A DNA stretch of 64,000 nt. Origin: Octopus vulgaris. Its lineage: Eukaryota. Positions 1 to 12,459 of the stretch are shown piece after piece (within the stretch, counting starts at the first letter, position 1; every line of letters starts with the position of its first letter). Where the stretch lies: positions 87,358,001 through 87,422,000 of the forward strand of contig OX597823.1 in assembly GCA_951406725.2 (NCBI GenBank). The letters are read 5' to 3'. The translations under genes and the position numbers were made by a program. Under the pieces are notes generated by a model that made no database searches, was not told where the DNA came from, and saw nothing but the letters and a program-made list of their open reading frames with translations.

Positions 1-27
1 ATATATATATATGTATATATATATATT

Positions 28-1645
28 GGCGCTCTGATGTCTTAGCAGCAATAAAGGAAATGAAGCATAATTCATACCTGCTTGTGTCTTGAAGATTGCA
101 CCTCTATAACTACTGGATGCTGGATATATACCAGAAGACCTTCTATCCCAGTCTGTTGTCCCAGTTTTCAAAAAAGAAACAAATCGCTTGCCGTGAATTA
201 CCGTCCAATCTCACTCACCTCTCATATCATCAAGGTATTTGAGAGGGTGCTGAGATCGCGTATGACTCACTTCCTTGAGAGTCATAATATGCTGAACCCC
301 AACCAGCATGGATTCCGTAATGGGAGAGATTGCCTGACGCAGCTACTGCATCATTTTGATGACATTTTGAGAGCCTTGGGAGAGGGTTCCAACACTGATG
401 TCATCTACCTTGATTTCAGCAAGGCCTTTGACAGGGTTGATCATAAGATCCTTCTGAGAAAGCTGTCCAATATTGGTGTCACTGGAAAGCTGCTGCAATG
501 GATCAAGTGCTTCCTCTCTAACAGAACCCAACATGTTGTAGTCGAAGGAGTCAAATCCAGCCCAGCCAAAGTCAGCAGTGGTGTCCCACAAGGCACTGTG
601 TTGGGCCCACTTCTCTTCATCATCTACATAAATGATATTACTGACACCATCAAACACAGCAACATCAGAACCTTCGCTGATGATTCCAAGCTCCAGAAGG
701 TCATCAATGGCGTGGATGACCGAATAAACCTTCAGTCAGACCTACTGGCTGTTGTCCAATGGGCGGAAAAGAATAACATGTTGCTAAATGAAGACAAATT
801 CGAACTGATCCACTTTGGAAGGGAGGACGCTCTGAAACTCCCATACTCTCTTCCTTCTGGAGAAATTCTCATGGCATCCAACAACATCAGAGACCTGGGA
901 GTAACAGTGGACAACAACATAAGCTGGGCTACACATATAAGCAGCAAAGTTGACATGGCCCGCAGAATGTGTTCCTGGATTCTCAGAACCTTCCAGTCGA
1001 GAGATTCCCATGCTATTATCCTTCTCTTCTCCACTTTTGCCCGACCCCACCTTGAATACTGCTGTCCACTGTGGTCTCCCTACACAAAACAAAATATTAT
1101 GAGAATTGAAGCTCCCCAAAGGTCAATCACAAAAAAGATAGATGGCATGTCAGACCTTGACTACTGGGGTAGACTAGAGAAGCTGAAATTGTATTCACTT
1201 CAACGACGCCGTGAACGCTACATTATCTGTATGATGTGGAAAATATTCCATCAGCACTGTCCGAATGATGTTGGCATCACCTACAAAATGCATCCAAGGC
1301 TTGGACCACGTGCCATCCGTCCACAACAAAAATCTAAATCGCATCACATAACGACAATACGGCACAACTATTTCACCTCAATTGGACCCGCTCTCTTCAA
1401 CATTACACCAGGACACGTCAAAAAAGAAACTGACCACACAAAATTCAAGAAGTCTTTGGACAAATTCCTTCAAACAGTACCGGACAAACCACCCACACCC
1501 GGATATGTCTCCGCAAGCAATAACTCTCTGCTCGAATGGGCCTTGGTGCCCAAATCCTGAACTGAAAGACTTCGCCAGGTGGTGCTATTAAGTTAGACAT
1601 TGCCTGGGCCAATACTGGCCAAAAACCTTTCTAAGTTATTTTAAG

Positions 1646-1648
<3 letters not shown>
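28..1648 (+). mobile_element. 5'-truncated CR1-like LINE (RT plus C-terminus; ORF 82-1560) inserted in a (TA)n tract
   Basis: RT motifs NYRPISLTS, QHGFR, DFSKAFD, GVPQG-VLGPLLF, FADD, RDLGV; CR1-type C-terminus (LEYCCPLWSP, LYSLQRRRER); short 3'UTR ending in TAAGTTA repeats; (TA)n on both sides. Confidence 0.9.
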
Positions 1649-1682
<34 letters not shown>

Positions 1683-1748
1683 CAGAGAGAGAGAGAGAGA
1701 GAGTTAAAAAAAGGATTAGAGATTTATACAAATCAATTTTTTTTATAC

Positions 1749-2156
1749 ATGAAAGAAAGAGATGGAAATAGCACAGAAGTAAGTCTAAGACATTTTAATT
1801 CAAGAAGGAATTTAATAAACATCATTTAAACATTATATAAAATATTACCTGTTTCCATGAATCTCATCTTATCAAATATCAGTAAACATTTATAAAAGTG
1901 TTGAAATAAAAACAATTTATCTTCTGTCTGGAGTTGAGGGGGTGGGGTGCAAGAATATGTCTCTGACACCCAGACAGAAGATAAACTATTTTTCCATCAA
2001 ATTTTTGTAATTTTTTACTGATATTTGATAAGATGAGATTCATCAGAAACGGTAATATTTTCTTTATATAATTTCTTAGATCATTTCTATTAAATTCCCT
2101 CTCACATTGAAATGTATTAGACTTACTTCTCTGCTATTTCCACCTCTATCTTTCAT
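1749..2156. repeat. Fold-back palindrome with ~185-bp imperfect arms and ~40-bp spacer
   Basis: ATGAAAGAAAGAGATGGAAATAGCACAGAAGTAAGTCTAA...CTTCTGTCTGG (1749-1930) is the reverse complement of CCAGACAGAAG...TTAGACTTACTTCTCTGCTATTTCCACCTCTATCTTTCAT (1970-2156). Confidence 0.9.
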
Positions 2157-2186
2157 ATATATATATATATATATACACATAAATAT

Positions 2187-2219
<33 letters not shown>

Positions 2220-2905
2220 CAGAGAGACAGAGAGAGAGAGGCAGAGAGACAGAGAGAGAGACAGAGAGAGATGAAGATTATGTGTGTATGTATGAACGTA
2301 CATATAAAATTGGGAGCTGAAAAGTTTTTGGTTTTAAGAGTATCACGAAAGGCCTTGTTGGCGGCCCAACCTTACGAATTACTTTTATAAGGTTTAGAAA
2401 AACTGAAGGAGCACGGCAATAAGTGTGTGAATCTGAGAGAGGAGTATATTGAATAAAATCAATGTTAACTGATCCTCCTGTATTTTCTTTTACCCAAAGC
2501 CAGGAATTTTCCGGCTCCCCCTCGTGTATGTGTGCGTGTATGTGTGTATGTGTGTGTTTGTTCCTCGCCACCATGGTTTCGTGCTCAATGTTCAGCACCT
2601 TGGACAACTACCTTTTCTTGCCATTACCTCCGGTCATCATACATACCTTCTGAATAAGATTGGGTAACAAAGAAATTATGCGTAAATCTGTCATTTGATT
2701 TCTAATATATAAACAAAAAAACAAAGCAAATAATAAACAACAATTATAGCTCAGCAAACTTTTATAATTTTACAATAGGTGCAGGCATATTAGTGTGGTA
2801 AGTAATAAAGTAAATCTTAATTTACTGAATAAATCTAAATTTACTAAATAAAGTAAATCTTAATTTTTTTAAAATTCAAGTTTACAAAATATTCAGTATA
2901 ATTAC

Positions 2906-3020
2906 CTCCTTGGGGTTCGAAATCATACAGATACTGATTAATTGAGATACTAGGAAGACAAAACCCAACATTAAAAAACACTTCGGAACTCGTGCAAGAA
3001 GGTCTTTCTGGTTAAAGTAA
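2906..3020 (-). CDS. MFS (oxalate:formate antiporter-like) transporter, coding exon 5
   Basis: ttttccAG|T TAC TTT AAC...AAG GAG|GTaatt; 115 nt, entry phase 2, exit phase 0; YFNQKDLLARVPKCFLMLGFVFLVSQLISICMISNPKE; in frame with exon 4. Confidence 0.88.
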
Positions 3021-3189
3021 CTGGAAAATAAAATAAAAGAATGCATATTGTACAGGGTGGACTAAAAGTCACGCATAAAATAGGTTCAATAGACTTTTTC
3101 TAAACTTGAATTCAGTAAATAAAATAATGGTGAGTACACACTACATGCTGAACAAAACGAATAGTAATAATCTTTGCTGCGATTGGCAC

Positions 3190-4160
3190 ACAGCTGAGAT
3201 TAGTGGGGAGGGAACTAATCGATTACATTGACCGCAGTGCGTAACTGGTACTTATTTCATTGACCTTGATAGGATGAAAGGTAAAGTCGACCTCGGTGGA
3301 ATTTGAACTCAGGATATAAAGACGGACGATATGCTGCTAAGCATTTCGCCCGACGTGCTAACGATTTTTATTTCTTTATTGCCCACAAGGGGCTAAACAT
3401 AGAGGGGACAAACGAGGACAGACAAAGAGATTAAGTCGATTACATCAACCCCAGTGCGTAACTGGTACTTAAATTATCGGCGGCGAGCTGGCAGAATCGT
3501 TAGCACGCCGGGTTAAATGCGTAGCCGTATTTTGTCCGTCTTTACGTTCTGAGTTCAATTCCGCCGAGGTCGACTTTGCCTTTCATCCTTTTGGGGTCGA
3601 TTAAATAAGTACCAGTTACGCACTGGGGTGGATATAATCGACTTAATCCGTTTGTCTGTCCTTGTTTGTCCTCTCTGTTTAGCCTCTTGTGAGTAGTAAA
3701 GAAATAGATACTTAAATTATCGACCCCGAAAGGATGAAAGGCAAAGTCAACTTCGACGGAATTTGAACTGAGAACGTAGCGACAGACAAAATACCGCTAA
3801 GAATTTCGCCCGGCGTGATAACGTTTCTGTCAGCTCGCATCCTTTCTAAATTTTTGCAACAAAGACAGCTTGTTGAAGGCGATGAAAGGCAAAGTCGACT
3901 TTGGCGGAATTTGGCAGACGAAATACCTATTACTTTACTACCTTCAAGGGGCTAAACAGAGAGAGGACAAACAAGGACAGACAAACGGATTTATTTATTA
4001 CATCGACCCCAGTGCGTAACTGGTACTTAATTTATCGACCTCGAAGGGAGGAAAGGCAAAGTCGACCTCGGCGAAATTTGAACTCACAACGTAACGACAT
4101 ACAAAATACCGCTAAGCATTTCACCCGGCGTGTTAACGGTTCTGCCAGCTCGCCGCCTTC
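3190..4160 (-). mobile_element. Cluster of SINE family B copies (tRNA-like head GGCGGCGAGCTGGCAGAA, central GCCTTTCATCCTTTCGGGGTCGAT)
   Basis: Several adjacent or nested matches to the full-length copy at 18762-18990. Confidence 0.85.
3480..3708 (+). mobile_element. Full-length SINE B nested antisense inside another SINE B
   Basis: 14-bp TSD TACTTAAATTATCG at 3466-3479 and 3709-3722. Confidence 0.9.
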
Positions 4161-4380
4161 ACACAGACTTAACCTTTTGAGTTCTGACCACCTGAACCTT
4201 ATTTTACCATACACCTGGCACTCAACCGGTGCTATGGTATAGAGCGGTGCTACGGTATAGAGAAAAATAAGCCATCCACCGATAAACCGGTGTTACGGCT
4301 TCAAAGGGTTATTATATTACTTTCAAGTGCGTGGTAAGCAATGTCGGGCGCGAAATTAGATTCTCATACGCACATACTTA

Positions 4381-4542
4381 GGCGCAGGAGTGGCTGTGTG
4401 TAATGGAGCTTGCTTACCAACCAAATGGTTCTGGGTTCAGTCCCACTGCGTGGCACCTTGGACAAGAGTCTTCTACTATAGCCGCGGGCCGACCAAAGCC
4501 TTCTGAGTGAATTTCGTAGACGGAAATTGAAAGAAGCCCGTC

Positions 4543-4603
<61 letters not shown>

Positions 4604-4833
4604 TGTGAGTGTGTGTGTGTGTGTGTGAGTGTGTGTCTGTGTTTGTTCCCCCAACATCGTTTGACAACCGCTGCTGGTGTGTTTACGTCCCCGTAACTTA
4701 GCGGTTCGGCAAAAGAGACCGATAGAATAAGTACTAGGCTTACAATAAATAAGTCCTGGGTTGGATTTGCTCGACTAAATGTGGTGATTCAGCACGGCCG
4801 CAGTCAAATGACTGAAACAAACAAAAGAATAAA
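4381..4833 (+). mobile_element. SINE family A (tRNA-like head, CCTTGGGCAAGT-type segment, internal GT/TA microsatellite)
   Basis: GGCGCAGGAGTGGCTGTGTG A-box-like and GGTTCAGTCCC B-box-like motifs; tail CAGTCAAATGACTGAAACAA; many similar copies in the window. Confidence 0.9.
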
Positions 4834-4852
4834 GGAATATATATTCACTTAC

Positions 4853-4992
4853 GCTTCTCCATTGATAACTTCGTTTTCTTGGTAATTGTCTGGATTGATG
4901 TATATACTGGACACATAAGTGAAAATGGTTGCCGACAGAGCATGTGTACAGAGGACAAATCCTGTAGCTGTAGCTTTTCGATTTGGCACCCA
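4853..4992 (-). CDS. MFS transporter, coding exon 4
   Basis: attccAG|TGG GTG CCA...GAA GC|GTaagt; 140 nt; WVPNRKATATGFVLCTHALSATIFTYVSSIYINPDNYQENEVINGE matches the W-x-P-x-RKG...YINPxN pattern of OFA-like proteins. Confidence 0.9.
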
Positions 4993-5009
4993 CTGGAATA
5001 CATTGGAAT

Positions 5010-5065
5010 TATCATTATTATTATTATTATTATAATTATTATTATTATTATAAATATTATTATTA

Positions 5066-5143
<78 letters not shown>

Positions 5144-5208
5144 TTTTTATTATTACTCCTTCTTTCTTCAATTTTCACAGCGATAATGCTCTTCTCAGTA
5201 CATGAGCC

Positions 5209-5270
<62 letters not shown>

Positions 5271-5292
5271 TATTATTATTATTATTATTATT
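5010..5292. repeat. (TAA)n microsatellites
   Basis: Two long ATT runs. Confidence 0.95.
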
Positions 5293-6160
5293 CAGTAGTT
5301 TTATTTTTATAGCTTGCTTTCACTTCACTACCGAGCGCAGCTCTGTGTGCCTTAGGTATGTGATGTGATTTGTTGTGATGCTCTGATGGCTATTGTATGG
5401 AAAGTGTTCTGCGTAGGATGTGTGCAGTGCCTAGTAGTGCAATTTTCTGTATGTTATATGTGTTTGTAAGTCCTGCTGTTTTTGTTATGTATTTGACTGA
5501 ATATTTTTTTATCATGCCTAATGCACCTACTATGATAGGAATTCTTTCTGTTTTTAGATTCCACATTCTAGTTACCTCTATTTTGTATTTTGTCTTTGTA
5601 TTTTGAGAGTTTCTCCATTTCTTTTAGAGACACGTTGTCATCTGCCGGTATTGATACATCAATTAGAAAGCATTTTTTGTCTTCATGATCTCTGACAACT
5701 ATATCTGGGCTGTTGGCCTTAATTTCTCTATCTGTGTGTATCGGCATATCTCAGAGTAGGGTTGCTTTCTCGTTTTCTGTGACCTTTTATGGTGTGTGCC
5801 TATACCATCTTTTTTCTGTTGTTATTCCATAATGTTGGCATAGCTTCCAATGTATGTAGGTCCCAACTCTGTCATGTCTGTGAATATATTCCTTCTTAGC
5901 CAGGACTGGGCAGCCAGAGATAATATGATGTATTGTTTCTTGTCCATCTCCACATATTCTGCAGTTACTTGTAATATTTCTTTTCATTACATGTTTTTGG
6001 TAATTTCTGGTGGGGAGGCTTTGGTCTTGTGCAGCAATTAAAAATCCCTTTGTCTCTGCGTTGAGTGCTGAGCTTCTCAACCATTGCTGGGATTTTTCTT
6101 TGTCTATTTCTTTTGCGTTTAGTTTAGTCCAGTATTTACCATGAAGGGGCTTTTCTTGCC

Positions 6161-6162
<2 letters not shown>
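5293..6162 (-). mobile_element. R4/Dong-like RLE non-LTR retrotransposon, 3' fragment
   Basis: KPLHGKY, AAQDQSLPTRNY, CCHC finger CRIC...HIISGC, RHD, PDIVV...IDVSIP endonuclease, IVGALG; in-frame stops; 3' end abuts (TAA)n. Confidence 0.88.
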
Positions 6163-6197
<35 letters not shown>

Positions 6198-6610
6198 TAT
6201 GTATATTTATGTATGTGTATATATATGTTTGTGTGTGTGCATATGTTTGTGAGTGTTTGTCCTCCACCATCGCTTGGGCAACCGATGTTGGTGTGTTTAC
6301 GTCGCCGTAACTTAGCCGTTCGGCAAAAGAGCCCGATAGAATAAGTACTAGGTTCACAAAGAATAAGTCCCGGAGTCGATTTGTTCGACTAAAGGCGGTG
6401 CTCCAGTATGGCCGCAGCCAAATGTGTGAAACAAACAAAAGAATACAATTCCTAAAATAATAATTGTTTATCGAAGTTTAATAGGAATATTTAAACACTG
6501 AATGCCTTGGAGGGTTCAACCGAACAAAATGGGATCCAAAGGGGCCACGTCGGTAAAAAGAAAACAAAACAGAACATAGAAAATGGTCGAGGAACACTGG
6601 TGGGAATAAT

Positions 6611-9403
6611 TAGTTAGTTAGTTAGTTAATTTTTTGGCTCAAAAAGCAAAAAGCAAGGCCATGTAGGGGGACATGGAGTTATGTACAGGGTGGTGTTCAT
6701 GTAAAGAGTTCAGGCCACTTGTGGTCAAGGGAGACTTTGAACCGAGCGGTCGTCGGCATCTTCACCATCTCGTCTGGCAGCTTATTCCACGGATCCGCAA
6801 CCCGGACGGAGAAAGCTCCTCTCCTTCGATTGAGATGAAATCGTCGCAGATAGAGCTTTTCGGAATGACCCCGCAGCCGACGCTCTGGAGCAGGAGTGAA
6901 GAACAGCTCTTTCGAGAGGTTACACTTTCGGCTTATGACGTTGTGAGCAAGAATGAGATCACCATGGCATCGTCGTTTTTCTAGAGAATAAAGGTCGAGC
7001 GTCTTCAGCCTTTCTTCATAAGACAAATTCTTGAGACCAAGAACCATGCGGGTAGCCAGCTTCTGGACTCTTTCGAGATGCTGTATGTCTTTGAGGAGAT
7101 AAGGTGAAGAGGCTTGAATCCCGTACTCCAATATGGGTTTCACCAGCGTGACGTAGAGCGGTTGGAATATGGCTGATGTGAGCATTCCGAATGACCGTCG
7201 AATTAAGAACAGAACTCCGCGTGCTTTGTTGGCAGCATGGACGCACTGGACCGAAGGTGAAAAGGAGGAATCCACCAAGATACCCAGGTTCTTTACCTGA
7301 TCGGTCCTCTCCAGCAGCAGACGACCCGGCTCGAAATCAAGTTGAGTTGCAGGAGGAGAGCCAACAGGCAGATGACAGCATTTTGACACGTTCAGACACA
7401 GGTCCCATTCGTTAGACCATCTCCAAATTTGGTGGAGGCATCGACGAAGATCCTCTATATCACCGCGAGGTGCGACCAGTTTGACATCGTCGGCAAATAG
7501 AAGGGTGTGTTGCGTGAGGTCGTCGGGCAAGTCATTTATGAAGACTAAGAACAATAAGGGTCCAAGCACTGAACCTTGAGGCACGCCACTGCTCGCACTG
7601 GAGACGTCGGACTGCGAACCATTAACTTGGACTTTGAAGGAGTGATCTGAGAGGAAGGCACCAACCCATCGTATAATATCCGGATGGAAACTATATGCTT
7701 GAAGCTTGACAAGTAATAGGCGGCGGTTTACCGAGTCAAAAACTTTGGCAAAGTCCAATAAAACGATGTCAACAGCATCACTATCATCGAGGATGCGCGT
7801 CACCAATTCTTCAATTACCAGTAAGTTGGTCAAGCATGATCCCTTCGGCACGAAGCCGTGTTGGAAATTAGAGATAGAGGCTGTGTTTTGGAGGTGGAGC
7901 ATCATACTTTTCTTAAGGATGGTTCCGAACATCTTGCTGATTATTGATGTAAGGGAAACCGGTCGGTAGTTAAGCGGGTCTTCGCGACTCCCTTTCTTGA
8001 AAATTGGGCAGGTTATCGCTGTTCTCCAGTCCGCAGGTATAACACCCGTCGCCAATGACATATTGAATAGACGTGTTAAGGGCTCGCAGATGACCGGAGC
8101 CAACGCTTTGATAACCCGTGGGTGTATGCCGTCAGGGCCGTGACCCTTGTTGACATCGAGGCCTTGAATAACGCGTTCGACTTCGTCCCGCGTGATGACC
8201 AATCGAAGCATTGGAGGTACCGATTTATCAAATGGAAGTGGTTCACGACCATCATCTTGTTTGAAAATAGTTGAAAAAGCCTCGGCAAATAATTGACTCT
8301 GTTGATAAGGATCCTCAATCGATACGCCTGTTGCGTCTACCAACGTTGCAATTTGGTTGTTCAAGCGGGAATTCCGTTGGACATGGGCAAAGGAGGTTTT
8401 TGGATTGCTACTGGCTTTTGCCGCAATTTTGTATTCATATCTGAAGCATTCTTCCTTTTCAATTTTCACGGCTCGGTCTCGTTGAGTTTTGTACACCTCA
8501 AAAGCTGCAGTCGAATCTAGATTTTTGAATTCAGCCCAAGCAATATCTCTGAGTCGAAGTTCTCGTTTAACCTTCTTCGTCACCCAGGGCTTGTGTTTCT
8601 TCTTCTTGGGAAGCCCAACGAGAACTGCCGGGTCAGTAAACCAGATTACATATGCTTTGAGGGATGACCATAGTTCGTCAACTGAGGACAACGTCATCAG
8701 GGATCGCCAGTCCAGAAGCGCGGAAGCCTCGGTTAGAATTTCAAGATTAATTGCAGAGAAGACTCTACGTGGCAGCGAAGTAGTCGTGGGCGTAGAAAAC
8801 GTTGTGTGCATGACGAACTTCAGGACCGCATGATCACTCTTGGCAAGAGGGGCGCACACAGATATGTCTGACACTGATCTTGGATAGCGGGAGAATACCA
8901 GATCCAGCATAGATAGCTGCTGCACAGACCGATGCTTTGTCGGATATTCAACATGTTGCGATAGAAAACAATCTTCAGCCACGTCAAGAAGGGCCTGGCC
9001 GAACCAGGAAGATGATGTACAAATTGATGCGGGCCAATCGATCGTGGGAGCGTTGAAGTCTCCTAATATCAGTCATGAGCAGCTGAAACGAATCTTATCG
9101 CTTCGAGTAAATGAGCATCGTCCTAGGGTCGGCAAGAGGCGGCCTGTAGACAGCTAACACGGGCAGGCAAAACCCGGATAGGCTCAGCTTGCAATAGACG
9201 GCATCGAATTTTGTTGTAGGTTGAGCATTAGTGGGTAGAATACTGCTGGACGGTTTGAGATCACATTTAACATACACAGCAACACCTCCACCTCGCCTTT
9301 TTTCTCTGTCACATCTGAAGAGGGCGTAGCCCTGTAGGTGGATTTCTGAGTCCTTTACTGCTGGAGTCAGCCAAGTCTCGGTGATAGCTATCAATCACAT
9401 CAG
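6611..9403 (-). mobile_element. Near-complete ORF2 of a CR1-like LINE (APE endonuclease with frameshifts plus 761-aa RT ORF 8982-6697), (TAAC)n tail
   Basis: IAITETWL, RCDR...RGGGVAVYV, VYRPP, GDFNAP, LDLVFS, SDH; GPDGIHP, NYRPVSLTS, GVPQGSVLGPLLF, FADD, RGHSEKL; tail (TAAC)n at 6611-6628; possible imperfect TSD GGGAATAAT (6602-6610) / GGGAATCAT (9404-9412). Confidence 0.92.
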
Positions 9404-9613
9404 GGGAATCATGATGACGACAATAAATGTGTTGGCGAGTAGGACAAGGAGGAGCAGGAGGAGTAGGAGGAGCAAAATAAGGAGGCGAAATAGCAACAGA
9501 AGCAGGAGGAGGAGATGGAACAGGAGGATGAAAAGAAGGAGAAGGTGGAAGGCAAAACGAAGAAGGAGGAGGGTAATGACAGAGTATTGTCAAAGCAATA
9601 TGAATGTTCTCAC

Positions 9614-9740
9614 CTTCATGGCACAGGACACTGTCACAACATAAGGAATGGAACCGCCGGCACAATTGAGAAATCCTTCAGTTATTACAAAAGAGTAATA
9701 GGAACTCTGGATTGTGTAATATGACAGTAAGGTAGAACCA
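9614..9740 (-). CDS. MFS transporter, coding exon 3
   Basis: attttAG|T GGT TCT...ATG AAG|GTgaga; 127 nt, entry phase 2, exit phase 0; GSTLLSYYTIQSSYYSFVITEGFLNCAGGSIPYVVTVSCAMK; not reported by the ORF track. Confidence 0.88.
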
Positions 9741-9764
9741 CTAAAATAAATTATGTAATATTGT

Positions 9765-10282
9765 GTAATATATGATATAATACGATATAAGACAATATAA
9801 TACGATATAATATGATATAAGACAATATAATATGATATGATACGATATAAGACAATATAATACGATATAATATGATTAAGACAATATAATATGATATGAT
9901 ACGATATAAGACAATATAATACGATATAATATGATATAAGACAATATAATATGATATGATACGATATAAGACAATATAATACGATATAATACGATATAAG
10001 ACAATATAATATAATACGATATAAGACATATAATATGATATAATACGATATAAGACAATGTAATATGATATAATACGATATAAGACAATATAGTATAATA
10101 TAATATGATATAAGACAATATAATATGATATAATATGATATAGGACAATATGATATGATATAATACGATATATGACAATATAATATGATATAATATGATA
10201 TAAGACAATATAATATGATATGTTATGATGTAATATAATAAATGATATATGACAATATAATATGATATGGTATAATATAATT
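9765..10282. repeat. AT-rich minisatellite built from pentamers (ATATA/ATACG/ATATG/AGACA) in 20- and 30-bp units
   Basis: Repeating ATATAATACGATATAAGACA with optional extra ATATAATATG. Confidence 0.92.
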
Positions 10283-10345
10283 TAATGGGACTAGTGGGCT
10301 CGTGGAAATTCCACAGGAAGAAAAAGATTAAGAGAAGTTATTTAA

Positions 10346-10808
10346 CCCATTAACTGCAAATATCTTTATTCATATCTTTTGGCTTTGTCAGATGTTTTAG
10401 GAGTTAAAATAATATATAGTATTTAAATTTTCTCCACATGTGAATTATTTTGGAAATTATGATAAATTTTTCGAAAAGTCCCAATTTGTGATCGCTGCAA
10501 AAACGCATATTTATCCTTTTTTACTCAATTGTAAACTATAGTATCGAATGAATGATATATATGGGAAATGCGAACCGAAAGAAAAGCGTTTTCAAAACAG
10601 TATTTTTGTTCGAAACTTGCGATTTATGACATAAAATGTCCTCTAGAATTAGCCAAAACTAACAATGACAAACTTTAACTACTAAATATTGTTAAACACA
10701 CATCTGCAAATGCAATGTCCATAAGGAATTCACTTTAAATACAACGAGCAACCGGCTGTAAGACTGTTTTTAGCAGATCCCCAAATGGGGCTCATGGCAG
10801 TCAATGGG
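10346..10808. mobile_element. piggyBac-type MITE
   Basis: TTAA|CCCATTAACTGC...GCAGTCAATGGG|TTAA: 12-bp TIR with 1 mismatch, CCC termini, TTAA duplication. Confidence 0.8.
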
Positions 10809-10953
10809 TTAAGAAAGAAAGGATGATTTGCATTTTTATTTTTATATTACGAAGTTATTTCACTGACACAAGTATAAAACATAATTTAAAAGATATCGTG
10901 ATATATTTATAGGTTTAATGGAAAGAATAGTTAAAGTATTGCACAATACGTAC

Positions 10954-11143
10954 CTCTGGATTAATGAACCAAACAGAATTGTTTTTCTAAAGCCCAAAAC
11001 CTTTTCTATATATGTTGTAAATATCATACTGAGACCAAAGCCTGTTGTTCCCATAGAGGTCAACCAAATTCCATCATTGTATGTTAGCGTTGCGTCTTTA
11101 CCTACCAGCCGCATGTAGGACACGACATACGGTACAATGTTAC
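10954..11143 (-). CDS. MFS transporter, coding exon 2
   Basis: ctaatAG|GT AAC ATT...CAG AG|GTacgt; 190 nt, entry phase 1, exit phase 2; NIVPYVVSYMR...WLTSMGTTGFGLSMIFTTYIEKVLGFRKTILFGSLIQ. Confidence 0.9.
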
Positions 11144-11174
11144 CTATTAGCAAAAATAAAAATCGTGATAACAA

Positions 11175-11365
11175 ACCTTTCTACTAAAGGCACAAGGCCT
11201 GAAATTTGTAGGGAGGGGACTAGTCGATTACATAACACCCCCATTGTTTCACTGGTACTTAATTTATCGATCCTAAAAGGATGAAAGGCAAAGTCGACCT
11301 CGGCGGAATTTGAACGTAACGACGGACGAATTCAGAACTTGGTGACGGGCGAAATACCGCCACCT
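11175..11365 (-). mobile_element. SINE B with alternative tail (CCTTGTGCC...AGTAGAAAGG)
   Basis: Same head and centre as 18762-18990 but a different 3' tail. Confidence 0.75.
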
Positions 11366-11375
11366 TAAAGATCTA

Positions 11376-11752
11376 CTCTTTTACCCTTTTACTTGTTTCA
11401 GTCATTTGATTGCGGCCATGCTGGAACACCGCCATTAGTGGTGTAAATCAACCCCAGCACTTATTCTTTGTAAGCCTAGTACTTATTCTATCGGTCTCTT
11501 TTGCCGAACCGCAAAACACACAAACACACAAACACACAGACACACAAACATATACACACACATACATATATGTATATACATATATATACGACCGGCTTCC
11601 TTCAGTTTCCGTCTACCAAATGCACTCACAAGGCTTTGGTCGGACCGAGGCTATAGTAGAAGTCACTTGCCCAAGGTGCCACATAGTGGGAATGAAACCG
11701 GAACCGTGTGGTTGGTAAACAACCTGCTTACCACACAGCCACTCCCACGCCT
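11376..11752 (-). mobile_element. SINE family A
   Basis: Reverse-complement match to 42237-42666. Confidence 0.85.
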
Positions 11753-11942
11753 ATAGATATCTTTAATATTAATTTCTCCTCTTGGCACAAGTCCTTGAAA
11801 ATTTGGTGAGAAGGGGGTGAGTCGATTACATCAACCCCTGTGCGTAACTGGCACTTATTTCATCGACAAAGGGCAAAGTCGACTTCGGAGGAATTTTAAC
11901 TCAGAATGTAGCTTGGCGTGTTAACGGTTCTGCCAGCTCGCC

Positions 11943-12003
<61 letters not shown>

Positions 12004-12009
12004 TATAAT

Positions 12010-12119
<110 letters not shown>

Positions 12120-12145
12120 TGATAATAATAATAATAATAATAATA

Positions 12146-12189
<44 letters not shown>

Positions 12190-12399
12190 AATAATAATAA
12201 TAATAATCCTTTGTACTGGAAGAACAAGGCCCCAAATTTGTGGGAAGGGATTTGTTCGTAACTGGTACTTGCTTAATTGATCCCGATGTCATGAAAGGCA
12301 AAGTCGACCTCGACGGTATTTGAACTCAGAACGTTGCAGCAGGCGAAATACCGCAAAGTATTTCGCCCGGCGTGTAACGATTTTGTGCGCTTCCCCCTC

Positions 12400-12455
<56 letters not shown>

Positions 12456-12459
12456 TAAT

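Noticed and set aside
2278-2460. Candidate sixth MFS exon
   Set aside because: No frame gives MFS-like sequence; part resembles the interior of the MITE at ~51440
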